Made by a program: the position numbers and the translations under genes
In this document: piece after piece, positions 21,883 through 31,856 of the stretch
Layout of the letters: each line of letters opens with the position of its first letter
Position numbering within the stretch: position 1 is the stretch's first letter
From: an uncultured Enterobacteriaceae bacterium
GTDB lineage: Bacteria; Myxococcota_A; UBA9042
Length of the DNA: 64,000 nucleotides
Direction: 5' to 3'
NCBI GenBank assembly: GCA_964356325.1
Contig: CAYHHL010000001.1
Location: forward strand, 57,246-121,245
Notes under the pieces: generated by a model
What the model was told of the DNA's origin: nothing
What the model saw: the letters and a program-made list of their open reading frames with translations, nothing else
The model's database searches: none

Positions 21883-22487
21883 AAACTAAGCATTCCGATG
21901 ATTTTCGCTGGGATCTCGGGCAACCGCTGCATGGCGACCGCACGTTGGAGCCGACCTCTGCGCTGCTGGCCGGGCGGACGGTCGCGCTGCTGATCTCGGG
22001 AGGTATCGCGGCCTTCCGGACGCCCGGGCTGGTGCGCGAACTGCGTCGGGCCGGTGCCGACGTGCAGGTGTTCGTGACGCCGACGGCGCTGCAGTTCGTG
22101 ACCCAGGACGCCTTGGAGTGGACCAGCCTGCATCCGCTGGTTTCGGCCCTGGACGGTCGCGCCCAGCACGTCGAACGGCCCGCGGACGTGTACCTGCTCG
22201 CGCCCGCGACCTACTCCACGATCAACAAGTTGGCGGCCGGGATCGCGGACAATGCCGTGACGACCACTTTGGCGAGCGCTCTCGGGCATCTCGAAGCGGG
22301 CAGGGCGCAAGTGCTGATTGCGCCTACGATGCACGGGTCGATGGTCAATGCCATCCTGCGCGATAGCCTGGCGCGGTTGGCCCAATTAGGCTGTCGGATC
22401 GTGCCGCCCCTGGGTCGCGACGGCAAGGCGCTGTTGCCGGACGACGCGACGCTGGTGCAGGCGATCGTGGCGTCGCTCAGCGCCTAG
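21879..22487 (+). CDS. HFCD-family flavoprotein (CoaC/EpiD-like flavin-dependent Cys decarboxylase fold).
   Basis: LLISGGIAAFRTPGLVRELRRAGADVQVFVTPTALQFVT matches the CoaC FMN-binding N-terminus, and YLLAPATYSTINKLAAG also matches. The ATG overlaps the upstream stop in an ATGA arrangement. Confidence 0.8.
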   Translation: MKTKHSDDFRWDLGQPLHGDRTLEPTSALLAGRTVALLISGGIAAFRTPGLVRELRRAGADVQVFVTPTALQFVTQDALEWTSLHPLVSALDGRAQHVERPADVYLLAPATYSTINKLAAGIADNAVTTTLASALGHLEAGRAQVLIAPTMHGSMVNAILRDSLARLAQLGCRIVPPLGRDGKALLPDDATLVQAIVASLSA

Positions 22488-22698
22488 TCGGTTCGCGCAG
22501 ACAAGACCGCCAGCTCAATCTACGTGCTTGTCCACTTAGAGCAGACTTGAGCCTTGCAATGGCCAAAAAAGCGGTGCAGTGTCCGGGACCGGCACGCGGC
22601 GCTCCAGTGGATACGGAGCGCGTTTGAACGCTCGCTCCTGACCGGCGGCGGCACTGCTCGCGCGCCCACGCCGCCGGTGGATGCCTGTTTGGCCGCCC

Positions 22699-23928
22699 AT
22701 GACGATGCGCTTTTCGTGGAATCGCTTCCTGTCCTCGGACCAGCCCCAGTCTGCAGCAAAGGGCGGCAACGTCTCGCCTCCCGCCGATACCGAAGCCTTG
22801 CGCTTTCACCAAGCGTTGCCGGGCTATGCGCCGACCCCCCTGGTCGCCTTGCCGGCCTTGGCGGGTGAACTCGGCCTGGCCTCACTGCACATCAAGGACG
22901 AATCGGCCCGCTTCGGCTTGGGCGCGTTCAAGGCGCTGGGCGCGTCCTATGCGGTTTATCGTTTCGTTTCCCGAGCGTTGCAGCAGCAGCACGGCGTCAC
23001 CCTGGATCCAGCGGCGTTCCTGGCTGGCGGGACTGCTGCCTTGCCGGCGATGACGTTCTGCACGGCGACCGATGGCAACCACGGTCGCGCGGTGGCGTGG
23101 ACCGCCCGTCAACTCGGCCAGAAAGCAGTGATTTTTGTTCCCGGCAACACCGTGTCGGCGCGGATCGAGGCGATTCGCGGCGAAAACGCCGAGGTCGTGG
23201 TCGTGGACGGCAACTATGACGCCACCGTGCGCCGGGCCGCCGCCGATGCCGCGCAATACGGCTGGCAAGTCATTTCGGACACCGCCTATCCCGGCTACAT
23301 GGAAATTCCCACTTGGATCATGCAGGGGTACACGACACTGTTCCACGAGGCCGACGCGCAGTTGCTGGCCGCCGGCGCTCCGGCGCCGGACGTAGTGCTG
23401 CTGCAGGCCGGCGTAGGCGGTTTGCTGTGTGCCGGCGCGATGCATCTGCAGTCGCGGCACCAACCGCGGCCGGTCATCGTCTCGGTGGAGCCCACCGACG
23501 CGGACTGCCTGCTGGAGTCCATCGAGAGCGTGGACGGTTCGCCGCAGGAGGCGCTCGGCGCGCAGAATTCCATCATGGCAGGGCTGAATTGCGGCCTGCC
23601 GTCGCTCGTGGCCTGGCCGATCATCCGCGCCACGGTGGCGGCGTTCCTGGCCGTCGATGACACCTGGGCTGAACTGGCGATGCGACGGTTGTACGCCGCG
23701 CGCTCGGGCGACGCTCGCGTCATCTCGGGCGAATCCGGCGCCGCGGGCCTCGCCGGTCTGATGGCGATCTGCACCGACCCTGCTTTGGCCGAAGTGCGCG
23801 GGCGCCTGGGGCTGCTCGGCAGGCGCGCCCACGTCCTGCTCGTCAGCACCGAAGGCGCCACCGATCCGGCCGGTTACGCCCGCATCGTGCCAGCCAGCGT
23901 CGCGCGCGCCAAAGGGGTCACCGCATGA
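22699..23928 (+). CDS. dpaL: Diaminopropionate ammonia-lyase (PLP-dependent, YgeX/DpaL-like).
   Basis: FHQALPGYAPTPL..LHIKDESARFGLGAFKALG matches the DpaL family, as do TDGNHGRAVAW and IPTWIMQGYTTL. Confidence 0.8.
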   Translation: MTMRFSWNRFLSSDQPQSAAKGGNVSPPADTEALRFHQALPGYAPTPLVALPALAGELGLASLHIKDESARFGLGAFKALGASYAVYRFVSRALQQQHGVTLDPAAFLAGGTAALPAMTFCTATDGNHGRAVAWTARQLGQKAVIFVPGNTVSARIEAIRGENAEVVVVDGNYDATVRRAAADAAQYGWQVISDTAYPGYMEIPTWIMQGYTTLFHEADAQLLAAGAPAPDVVLLQAGVGGLLCAGAMHLQSRHQPRPVIVSVEPTDADCLLESIESVDGSPQEALGAQNSIMAGLNCGLPSLVAWPIIRATVAAFLAVDDTWAELAMRRLYAARSGDARVISGESGAAGLAGLMAICTDPALAEVRGRLGLLGRRAHVLLVSTEGATDPAGYARIVPASVARAKGVTA

Positions 23929-26582
23929 GGTACCGGGTCAACGGCCGCGAAGTCGAGTACCTGGGCGATCCGGCGCGCTCCCTGCTGGACGTGTTGCGCG
24001 AGGATCTCGATCTGACGTCAGCGAAGAACGGCTGCGCACCTCAGGCGGCGTGCGGGTGCTGCACCGTGTTGCTGGCGGGAAAACCTGTGATGTCGTGCGC
24101 GGTGGAAATGCGCCGCGTCGAGAACGCCGAAGTGGTGACGCTGGAAGGACTCGACGCTTTCGAGCGCGACGTGCTGGCCGGCGCGTTCGCGGGGCACGGC
24201 GGCGTGCAGTGCGGATTTTGCGCGCCGGGCATCGTGATGCGCAGCCATGCGTTGCTGCAGGCAAATCCCGAACCGACGCGCGAGCAGATCACCCGGGCTC
24301 TGGATCTGCACCTGTGCCGTTGTACTGGCTGGGTCAAGATCGTCACCTCGATCGAAGCCGCTGCCGTGGCGTTGCGCACCCGGACCCTGCCGGCCATGCC
24401 GCGGTCGGACGGCAGACTGGGCAGTCGCCTGATCAAGGTCGGCGCGCGGGAACTGGCGTTGGGACAGGTCAAATTTGCCGCCGACATCAAGCGACCTGGA
24501 CTGCTCCACGGTGCCTTGCGCCTCGCCGGTGTACCGCGGGCCCGAGTGCTGTCCATCGATCCAACGGCTGCCTTGGCATTGCCCGGCGTCGAGCGTGTCA
24601 TCCTGGCTGGCGATGTCCCTGGGCACCGCTACCACGGCCTGCTGCATGAGGATTGGCCGCTGTACCTCGCGCCGGGCGAAGAGGTCCACTACGCCGGCGA
24701 CACCATCGCCGCGGTCGTGGCGCAAACGGCCGCCATCGCCCGCCAGGCCGCTGCGCTCATCGACGTGCGGTTGGAACTGTTGACACCGGTGACCGACATG
24801 GATGCCGCGCTGCTGCCGGGCGCGCCGATGGTGCATCCCGACGGCAACCTGCTCGGCCGCGTGGCGCTGCGCAAGGGCGAGGGCGCGCAGGCCTTGCTGG
24901 ATTGCGCCTTCGTAGTCCGCGGTGTGTGGCACACGCAACGTATAGAACACGCCTACCTGGAGCCCGAATGCGCGCTGGCGGAGCCCTTGGCTCCGGGACG
25001 GGCAGGTACGCCCGGCGGGGTGCGCGTCACCTCGGAAGGCCAGGGCATCTATGAAGACCGGCGTCAGATCGCGCGCTTGCTGGGTCTGCCTGAAACCGCC
25101 GTGGAGGTCGTGCTGACGCCGAGCGGAGGCGCGTTCGGCGGCAAAGAGGACTTGACCACGCAGGGCCACGCGGCGGTGGCGGCCTTCCTGCTGCAACGGC
25201 CGGTGCGTTTCGAGTTCAGTCGGCCCGAGTCGATTCTGGTCCACCCCAAGCGCCACCCGATGCGCATGGAACTGGCGGTCGGCTGCACGTCGCAAGGCGA
25301 GTTGCACGCGCTGGATTGCCGGATAGTCGGCGACAATGGCTGCTACTCGTCGGTGGGCGCCAAGGTCCTGGAACGCGCCGCGGGACACGCAACCGGCGCC
25401 TACCACGTGCCGCACGTCGACGTCGAAGCGTTGGCGATTGCCACCAACCACTCGCCTTCCGGGGCGATGCGCGGCTTCGGCGCCAACCAGGCCACGTTTG
25501 CGCTGGAATGCGCGATCGACCAGTTGTGTGAGCTAGGAGGCTTTGACCGCTGGCAATTTCGCTGGAACAACGCGCTGATCGAGGGACGTAGCACCGCTAC
25601 GGGCCAGGTCCTCGAGGGCGGCGTCGGCGTGCGCCCGTGCCTGGAAGCGGTGCGGGACCGCTTCCGTGAGGCGCGCTTTGCCGGCTTGGCGTGTGCGCTG
25701 AAGAACACCGGCATCGGCAACGGTGTCCCGGACATCGGTCGCGCCATGGTGCGCGTATTGCCCGGTCCCCGCGTAGAAATCCATCACGGTTGGTCCGAAA
25801 TGGGCCAAGGCGTCGACACCGTCGCCGTGCAGATGCTGTGCGAAACCACGGGTATCGACCCAGCGCTGGTGTCAGTCGTGGTCGACACGCACTTCGAAGT
25901 GCCCGCCGGCATGACCACTGCCTCGCGCGGCACCAGCCTGGTCGGTCACGGCGTTCGCGCGGCAGGACTGAAGCTGGCGGCGGACTTGCAGACCGTGGCA
26001 CTGGCGGCCCTGATCGGTCGCGACTACCGCGGCGAATGGGTCTGCGACTGGACCACGGGTCCGGGCGGCGTCGACGGCAAGCCGCCGGTGACCCACTATT
26101 CCTACAGTTATGCCGCGCAGGTGGCGATCCTGGACGACGCCGGCAAGGTCGAAGAGATCATCGCCGCGCACGACGTCGGCCGCATCGTCAACCCGACCTT
26201 GTTCGAGGGCCAGGTCGAAGGCTCGGTGCACATGGGCCTGGGCTACGCGATGACCGAGGACCTGCCGATGGCGGGCGGTCTGCCCGTGTCGTTGAAACTG
26301 CGTGATTGCGGGGTGTTGCGAGCTAGCGAAATGCCGCGCGTCACCGTCATCGGCCTGGAGATTCCTTGTCCCAATGGGCCTTACGGAGCCAAGGGCGTCG
26401 GTGAAATCGGCCTGGTGCCCACGGCGCCCGCTGTGGCCAACGCGTTGTACATGTTCGACGGCGTGCGCCGCTTCCGGCTGCCGATGGCCAGGCGCAGGCG
26501 CAAGAAGGAGTTGGCGGCGACGGCCCTGCAGGTGGACACCCCTGGCAACACAATCCTTCCGCAAACCGGCAGCGAGGTCTGA
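23925..26582 (+). CDS. Xanthine-dehydrogenase-family molybdoenzyme with a fused [2Fe-2S] domain and molybdopterin-binding subunit (XdhD-like). No FAD domain is present.
   Basis: The N-terminus carries CGCCTV and GFCAPG ferredoxin motifs. The remaining ~750 aa are an aldehyde-oxidase/xanthine-dehydrogenase Moco domain. The start is ATGA-coupled to dpaL. Confidence 0.85.
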   Translation: MRYRVNGREVEYLGDPARSLLDVLREDLDLTSAKNGCAPQAACGCCTVLLAGKPVMSCAVEMRRVENAEVVTLEGLDAFERDVLAGAFAGHGGVQCGFCAPGIVMRSHALLQANPEPTREQITRALDLHLCRCTGWVKIVTSIEAAAVALRTRTLPAMPRSDGRLGSRLIKVGARELALGQVKFAADIKRPGLLHGALRLAGVPRARVLSIDPTAALALPGVERVILAGDVPGHRYHGLLHEDWPLYLAPGEEVHYAGDTIAAVVAQTAAIARQAAALIDVRLELLTPVTDMDAALLPGAPMVHPDGNLLGRVALRKGEGAQALLDCAFVVRGVWHTQRIEHAYLEPECALAEPLAPGRAGTPGGVRVTSEGQGIYEDRRQIARLLGLPETAVEVVLTPSGGAFGGKEDLTTQGHAAVAAFLLQRPVRFEFSRPESILVHPKRHPMRMELAVGCTSQGELHALDCRIVGDNGCYSSVGAKVLERAAGHATGAYHVPHVDVEALAIATNHSPSGAMRGFGANQATFALECAIDQLCELGGFDRWQFRWNNALIEGRSTATGQVLEGGVGVRPCLEAVRDRFREARFAGLACALKNTGIGNGVPDIGRAMVRVLPGPRVEIHHGWSEMGQGVDTVAVQMLCETTGIDPALVSVVVDTHFEVPAGMTTASRGTSLVGHGVRAAGLKLAADLQTVALAALIGRDYRGEWVCDWTTGPGGVDGKPPVTHYSYSYAAQVAILDDAGKVEEIIAAHDVGRIVNPTLFEGQVEGSVHMGLGYAMTEDLPMAGGLPVSLKLRDCGVLRASEMPRVTVIGLEIPCPNGPYGAKGVGEIGLVPTAPAVANALYMFDGVRRFRLPMARRRRKKELAATALQVDTPGNTILPQTGSEV

Positions 26583-26587
26583 TCGCG

Positions 26588-27856
26588 ATGGCCGAGCCCG
26601 CGCCCCTGCTGCACTTGCGCGACGCGATCTGGGTGGATGCGCGGACATCGGAGTTTTTGCACGGCAACTTCGTCGTGGAGTCCGGTCCCGGCTGCGGTCT
26701 GCGTCGCGTCGAATCGGTGCCGGCGACCGCGCCGGTGCTGGACTGCCGCGGCGCTTTCGTGACCCGCAGCTTCGTCGTCGCGCACCAGCACATCTACTCG
26801 GCGCTGGCCCGCGGCATGCCGCCCGCGACACCGGCGCCGCAGACGTTCCGGCAGATCCTCGAGCGCGTCTGGTGGCGCCTCGACCGCCAGTTGGATGCCG
26901 AGATGATTCGCGCCTCGGCAGCTTCCAGCGCCCTGGATGCGCTCAAGGCAGGCGCGACCTTCGTCATCGACCACCACAGTTCGCCACAAGCTGTGCCGGG
27001 TTGCCTCGACCTCCTCGCGGAACGGCTGGACGCTGCCGGCGTCGGCCACCTGCTTTGCCTGGAGCTTTCGGATCGCGACGGCGCCGCGGCTCGTCGGCAA
27101 GGGCTGGCGGAAACCGATCGCTACCTGACGAAGCGGCGCGGACTGGTCGGCCTGCACGCGTCGTTCACGGTTTCCGACGACTTGCTGCGCGAGGCGGTGG
27201 CGCTGGCCCGCAAGCATCAGACTGGCGTGCATGTGCATGTCGCGGAAGCACTTTCTGATCAGGAAGAGACGATTGCCAAGCATGGGCAACGCGTGGTGCA
27301 CCGACTGGCCGCGGCCGGCGCACTGGAACTGAACGGCAGCCTGCTGGCACACGCGCTGCATCTGGACGCCAGCGAGCGCACCACGGTGGCAGCGAGCCGT
27401 GCGTGGGTCGTGCAGAACCCGGAAAGCAATCGCCATAACGCAGTCGGCACGTTCCAGCCGGCCGGTCTGGGCGAAAGGATCTTGCTGGGCACCGACGGCA
27501 TGCACGCAGACATGCTGGCCAGCCTGCGCGCCGCGTACTTGGATGGTCAGACTATGGGCGGACTTGCGCCCAGCGCCGCGTGGCAGCGGTTGCAGCGCGC
27601 CGACGACTACCTGGCGGTTTGCGGCGTGCAGCGCGGCGACAACGATCTGGTGGTGCTGGCCTATGATCCGCCGACGCCGGTGACGCCGGAAAACTTCGCC
27701 GCCCACGTGGTCTACGCGCTGGGCCAGAGCCACGTGCGTCATGTGGTCGCGCAGGGACGTGTGGTGGTGCGCGACGGTCGCGTGCTGACCCTGGATGAAG
27801 CTGCGGTTCGCGCGGAGGCGCGGCGTCAGGCCCAACGACTTTGGCAACGGCTATAG
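26588..27856 (+). CDS. ssnA: SsnA-like amidohydrolase (putative aminohydrolase of the ygf purine cluster).
   Basis: HQHIYSALARGMP...WWRLDRQLD...VIDHHSSP matches the E. coli SsnA N-terminal region. Confidence 0.75.
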   Translation: MAEPAPLLHLRDAIWVDARTSEFLHGNFVVESGPGCGLRRVESVPATAPVLDCRGAFVTRSFVVAHQHIYSALARGMPPATPAPQTFRQILERVWWRLDRQLDAEMIRASAASSALDALKAGATFVIDHHSSPQAVPGCLDLLAERLDAAGVGHLLCLELSDRDGAAARRQGLAETDRYLTKRRGLVGLHASFTVSDDLLREAVALARKHQTGVHVHVAEALSDQEETIAKHGQRVVHRLAAAGALELNGSLLAHALHLDASERTTVAASRAWVVQNPESNRHNAVGTFQPAGLGERILLGTDGMHADMLASLRAAYLDGQTMGGLAPSAAWQRLQRADDYLAVCGVQRGDNDLVVLAYDPPTPVTPENFAAHVVYALGQSHVRHVVAQGRVVVRDGRVLTLDEAAVRAEARRQAQRLWQRL

Positions 27857-27877
27857 TCATGAATCTTTGAGGTTACG

Positions 27878-28849
27878 ATGCTCAATTCGTCAATTACCAA
27901 ACCGGCCACGACAGCATGCCTGGTCGCCATGGGCGGCAATTCCCTCTTGGATCCGAAGCAGAATCCCACGGTCTCCAGCCAGTTCGAGGTCACCGCGCGC
28001 GCGGTCGGGCCGATCGCCGAGCTCATCGCCAGCGGCCAGCGCGTGGTCTTGACCCACGGCAACGGTCCGCAGGTCGGCTTCATGCTCATGCGGTCGGAAC
28101 TGTCCCGCGAGGCGTTGCACGAAGTGCCATTGGATTCGCTGGTTGCCAATTCGCAGGGCAGCATCGGCTACATGATCCAGCACGAATTGCGCGAGCAGTT
28201 GCGCCGGCGTGGCCTCGATCATCCAGTGGCGTCGGTGGTGACCGAGGTCGAGGTCGATCCGACGGACAGCGCCTTTGCCAAGCCGACCAAGCCCGTGGGC
28301 AAGTTCTACAGCGCCGCCCAGGCCGAGGTGCTGCAGCGCGAGCAAGGCTGGAACATGGTAGAGGATTCCAACCGAGGCTACCGGCGCGTCGTCGCCTCGC
28401 CATTGCCGCTGCGCATCGTGGAACTGGCGGCGATTCGCACGCTGGTGGACGGAGGCGCCACGGTCATTGCCTGCGGCGGCGGTGGCATTCCGATCGCGCG
28501 CCAAAGCGACGGTTCCATGCACGGCATCGAGGCGGTCATCGACAAGGACCGGGCCAGTGCGCTGCTGGCGGTACAACTCGGCGTCGAACGTCTGTTCATC
28601 ACCACCGGTGTGGACGCCATCTACGTGGATTACTTGACGCCGCAACGTCGCGCCTTGCCCGAGATCCGGGCCAGCGAACTGCGCGCCCTGACCGACGCCG
28701 GCCAGTTTCCCGCCGGCAGCATGGGCCCCAAGGTCGATGCCGCGCTGTACTTCCTCGACCACGGTGGCAAGGAATGCACGATTTGCACCCCGGAAAGTCT
28801 GGTCGATGCCTTTGCCGGAAACGCTGGCACCCGCGTAGTCCGCGGTTGA
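27878..28849 (+). CDS. Carbamate kinase.
   Basis: VAMGGNSLL and VLTHGNGPQVG are present and the length is 323 aa. The family is ArcC/YqeA. Confidence 0.85.
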   Translation: MLNSSITKPATTACLVAMGGNSLLDPKQNPTVSSQFEVTARAVGPIAELIASGQRVVLTHGNGPQVGFMLMRSELSREALHEVPLDSLVANSQGSIGYMIQHELREQLRRRGLDHPVASVVTEVEVDPTDSAFAKPTKPVGKFYSAAQAEVLQREQGWNMVEDSNRGYRRVVASPLPLRIVELAAIRTLVDGGATVIACGGGGIPIARQSDGSMHGIEAVIDKDRASALLAVQLGVERLFITTGVDAIYVDYLTPQRRALPEIRASELRALTDAGQFPAGSMGPKVDAALYFLDHGGKECTICTPESLVDAFAGNAGTRVVRG

Positions 28850-28887
28850 TTTTCCCTCGCAGTTGAACCCCGAAACAGAGGACCCCC

Positions 28888-30024
28888 ATGTCTACCAAGA
28901 ATCTTCTCGACCCCCAAGCCATTGCCCGCCTGTACGGCCGCAGCGTGATGCTGACCCAGGACTGGCCGACCGACGACCTGGAAGCCCTGCTCGCGGTGGC
29001 CAAGCGCCTGGAAGCGCTGGATCTCGCACGCACGCTGCCGGCGTTGCTGCCCAATGAACTGGCGTACGCGATGTTCTTCGACAATTCCACGCGCACCAAG
29101 TCGGCTTGGGCGGGTGCAGCGGCGCGGTTGGGCATGCAGCCGGTCATCGTCGACGGCTCCTCGACCCAGGTGTCGCATGGTGAAACGGCCGCGGAAACCG
29201 GCGCGATGCTGGGCATGAACGCCCACGCGTTGGGCATCCGTCACGACCTCATCCTCGGCGAAGGCAACACCTTCATGCGCGACGTCAAGCAAGGCATCGA
29301 CGACTACCTGACGGCTACGAACAACCCGCGCAAAGTCCCGATCGTCAACCTGCAATGCGACATCGACCATCCGACCCAGACCCTGGCCGACCTGCTGTGG
29401 CTGCGCGAGCACTTCGGTGGGCCGGAAAGCCTGCGCGGCAAGAAGATCGCGGTATCGTGGGCGTATTCGCCCAGCTATGCCAAGCCGCTGTCGGTGCCGC
29501 AGGGTCTCATCATGCTGCTGACGCGCTACGGCGCCGACGTCACGCTGGCGCATCCCGCCGGCTACGACCTGCTCGACCTGCCGGTGGCGAGCGCGCGGCA
29601 GAATTCGCTGGCTTCGGGCGGTGCCTTTCACGTCACGCACGACATGGACGTGGCGTTCAAGGGCGCCCATGCCGTGTACCCGAAGAGTTGGGGACCCCAA
29701 GCGCTGATGCTGGCACGCGTCCAGGCCAACAAGAACCGGGATGCCGCGGCGATGAAGGAAATCGAGCGCAAGGCCCTCGAACTCAACGCGCGCCACACCG
29801 ATTGGATCTGCGACGAGCGGCGCATGGCCCTGACCGACGCTGGCAAAGCGCTGTATTTGCACTGCTTGCCGGCAGATATCGGCGCCGAGGTCAGCCCTGG
29901 CGTGATGGATCTGCACAAGGTCAACGTCGCGCGCGAGGCCCAGAAGAAGGTCTACGTCGTGATGGCCATGCTCGCGGTGGCCAAGGTGACGGATCTGGCG
30001 GCGCGCTTGAACGGCATTTCCTGA
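28888..30024 (+). CDS. ygeW: YgeW-type carbamoyltransferase (knotted OTC/ATC-fold).
   Basis: FFDNSTRTKSA, VNLQCDIDHPTQTLADLLWLREHFG and KKIAVSWAYSPSYAKPLSVPQG are near-identical to E. coli YgeW motifs. Confidence 0.85.
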   Translation: MSTKNLLDPQAIARLYGRSVMLTQDWPTDDLEALLAVAKRLEALDLARTLPALLPNELAYAMFFDNSTRTKSAWAGAAARLGMQPVIVDGSSTQVSHGETAAETGAMLGMNAHALGIRHDLILGEGNTFMRDVKQGIDDYLTATNNPRKVPIVNLQCDIDHPTQTLADLLWLREHFGGPESLRGKKIAVSWAYSPSYAKPLSVPQGLIMLLTRYGADVTLAHPAGYDLLDLPVASARQNSLASGGAFHVTHDMDVAFKGAHAVYPKSWGPQALMLARVQANKNRDAAAMKEIERKALELNARHTDWICDERRMALTDAGKALYLHCLPADIGAEVSPGVMDLHKVNVAREAQKKVYVVMAMLAVAKVTDLAARLNGIS

Positions 30025-30077
30025 GCCTGCGTAATGTATTGAACTGTATCCCTCTCGAACTGGATTGAGGTCGAACC

Positions 30078-31619
30078 ATGAGCACACTTGACGCCCGCAT
30101 CGCTGAACTGGCAGCCCGCTACCGGCCGCTGGCCCGCGAGATCCTGGCCGAAGTCATTCGCATCCCCGCGGACTTCGTGGACAAGGCGTTGGAGCAGGGC
30201 GGCGATGCACGCTGCGGGCTGTCCAACCACGAAGGGCCGCGCTTGGAGTACCTGAAGCGCAAGATCCGCGAGATCGGCGCGGTGCGCAGGCCTGAGGACG
30301 TGGACTTCGATGCGTTCGGCAACCTGGTTTGGACCGTCGAGGATCCGGATGATGGCATCGCGCGTGCCGACAAGAAGGTCATCTACTTCGACGGCCATTC
30401 CGACACCGTGCGTGCGTTGCGACCGCAGTGGCTGGACAAGATCGGCGGCGGCATCGATGCCTACTTGGGGCTGACCGACGCCAAGCAGGTCGATCAGGCG
30501 TTCCTGCAGCGCGAACTGGGCTGGATTCCGCCGGATGCGGAGTGGCAGCACGTGCTGTTCGGCCGCGGTTCCGCCGACCAACTGGGCGGCGTGGTGGCCG
30601 AAGTCGTGGCGACCAAGATCCTGCTCGAGCTCGCGGGCGAAGGGGCCTTGCGCGGCGCCATCGTGCGCGCCTACGCGACCGCGGCCGAGGAGGACAACGA
30701 CGGCGGTGGGCCGATGTTCGTCACCAGCCAGGTCTGGCCGGGCGCGGGACCAGAACTGATTCCGGACGTGGTCATCCTGACCGAAGGCACGGGCGACTCG
30801 CGCAAGGGCGCCCTGGGCATCTACCGCGGCCAGCGCGGCCGCATGCAGATCGAGGTGACGGTCACCGGGCGGTCCTGCCACGGCTCGATGCCCTGGGAAG
30901 GTCGCAATCCCCTGGAGTTCGGTGGCGCCATCCTCGCCGAAGCTGCGAAGCGCTACGACGCCCGCGACGGTTTCCTGGATCACCCGTTCCTGGGCCACGG
31001 CACCCGCACCGCGTCATGGGCGCACCTGGAAACGCCGTCGGATTGCGCGGTTCCGGATCGGTTCGTGTTCCGCTTCGACCGCCGCCTGACCGTGGGCGAA
31101 ACGCCGGCGCAGGCCGTGCGCGATGTCGAAGCCTTGGACGCAGTCGCGGTCGCGCGCGAGGCCGGGCTGCAAGTGGAGGTCGCGGTGCCGCGCTACCAGG
31201 AGCCCACGTGGCGCGGCTACCATCCCGACAACCCCCAGATCTACATGGGTTGGCTGACACCGGAGGAGCATCCGGCCATCCAGGCGGCGGTGCAGACCTA
31301 TGAACGCGTGGTGGCGCCGCACGTGCCCGACGGTCCGGCCAGCGGCGGCAACTTGCGCAAGGCGGCACGCGTCGACCGGTGGATCTTCTCGACCGACGGC
31401 GTCGGCTTCCCGATTCCCGTTCAGGACACCACGGTTGCGGTGCCGGCCGGCAAGAGCTGGGTGACGTCGGGGACGGTCAAGCATCCGGCGATGTTCGGCT
31501 TTGGTCCCGGCATCGAGCAGAACACCCACAAGATCGGCGAGTGCGTCGACTTGCGCGAGCTGCAGCACGTGGTGGCGTTCCTGGCTCGGTTCGTGGGTGT
31601 GTTCGCGGCGCGACCGTAG
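30078..31619 (+). CDS. ygeY: YgeY-type M20 family peptidase/deacylase.
   Basis: YRGQRGRMQIEVTVTGRSCHGSMP and SDCAVPDRFVFRFDRRLTVGET match YgeY. It is longer than the E. coli protein and carries insertions. Confidence 0.8.
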   Translation: MSTLDARIAELAARYRPLAREILAEVIRIPADFVDKALEQGGDARCGLSNHEGPRLEYLKRKIREIGAVRRPEDVDFDAFGNLVWTVEDPDDGIARADKKVIYFDGHSDTVRALRPQWLDKIGGGIDAYLGLTDAKQVDQAFLQRELGWIPPDAEWQHVLFGRGSADQLGGVVAEVVATKILLELAGEGALRGAIVRAYATAAEEDNDGGGPMFVTSQVWPGAGPELIPDVVILTEGTGDSRKGALGIYRGQRGRMQIEVTVTGRSCHGSMPWEGRNPLEFGGAILAEAAKRYDARDGFLDHPFLGHGTRTASWAHLETPSDCAVPDRFVFRFDRRLTVGETPAQAVRDVEALDAVAVAREAGLQVEVAVPRYQEPTWRGYHPDNPQIYMGWLTPEEHPAIQAAVQTYERVVAPHVPDGPASGGNLRKAARVDRWIFSTDGVGFPIPVQDTTVAVPAGKSWVTSGTVKHPAMFGFGPGIEQNTHKIGECVDLRELQHVVAFLARFVGVFAARP

Positions 31620-31750
31620 TAGTTCGTCAGAGTTGGCGGCGCCGGGGAAAGTGCCGGCGGATGAATCCGCGCCTATGTTTGCGAAGCCCCGCCGTCGCGG
31701 GGCTGGGAGGGCCTCGACTCGTCGCGGGGCCTATCGCAATCACGTGACCC

Positions 31751-31774
31751 AGCCCGGCGAAGGCCGGGCTTTGC
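31751..31774 (+). terminator. Weak candidate hairpin terminator downstream of ygeY.
   Basis: The structure is AGCCCGGC-GAAG-GCCGGGCT followed by TTGC. The T-tract is short. Confidence 0.3.
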
Positions 31775-31856
31775 AAGGGTAGGCGCGGCTTCAGCCGCCG
31801 GCCCCCCACCACCTAGGTTCCAGAGATCTGACCAATCTTCAGGTTTCAACCCCGGC

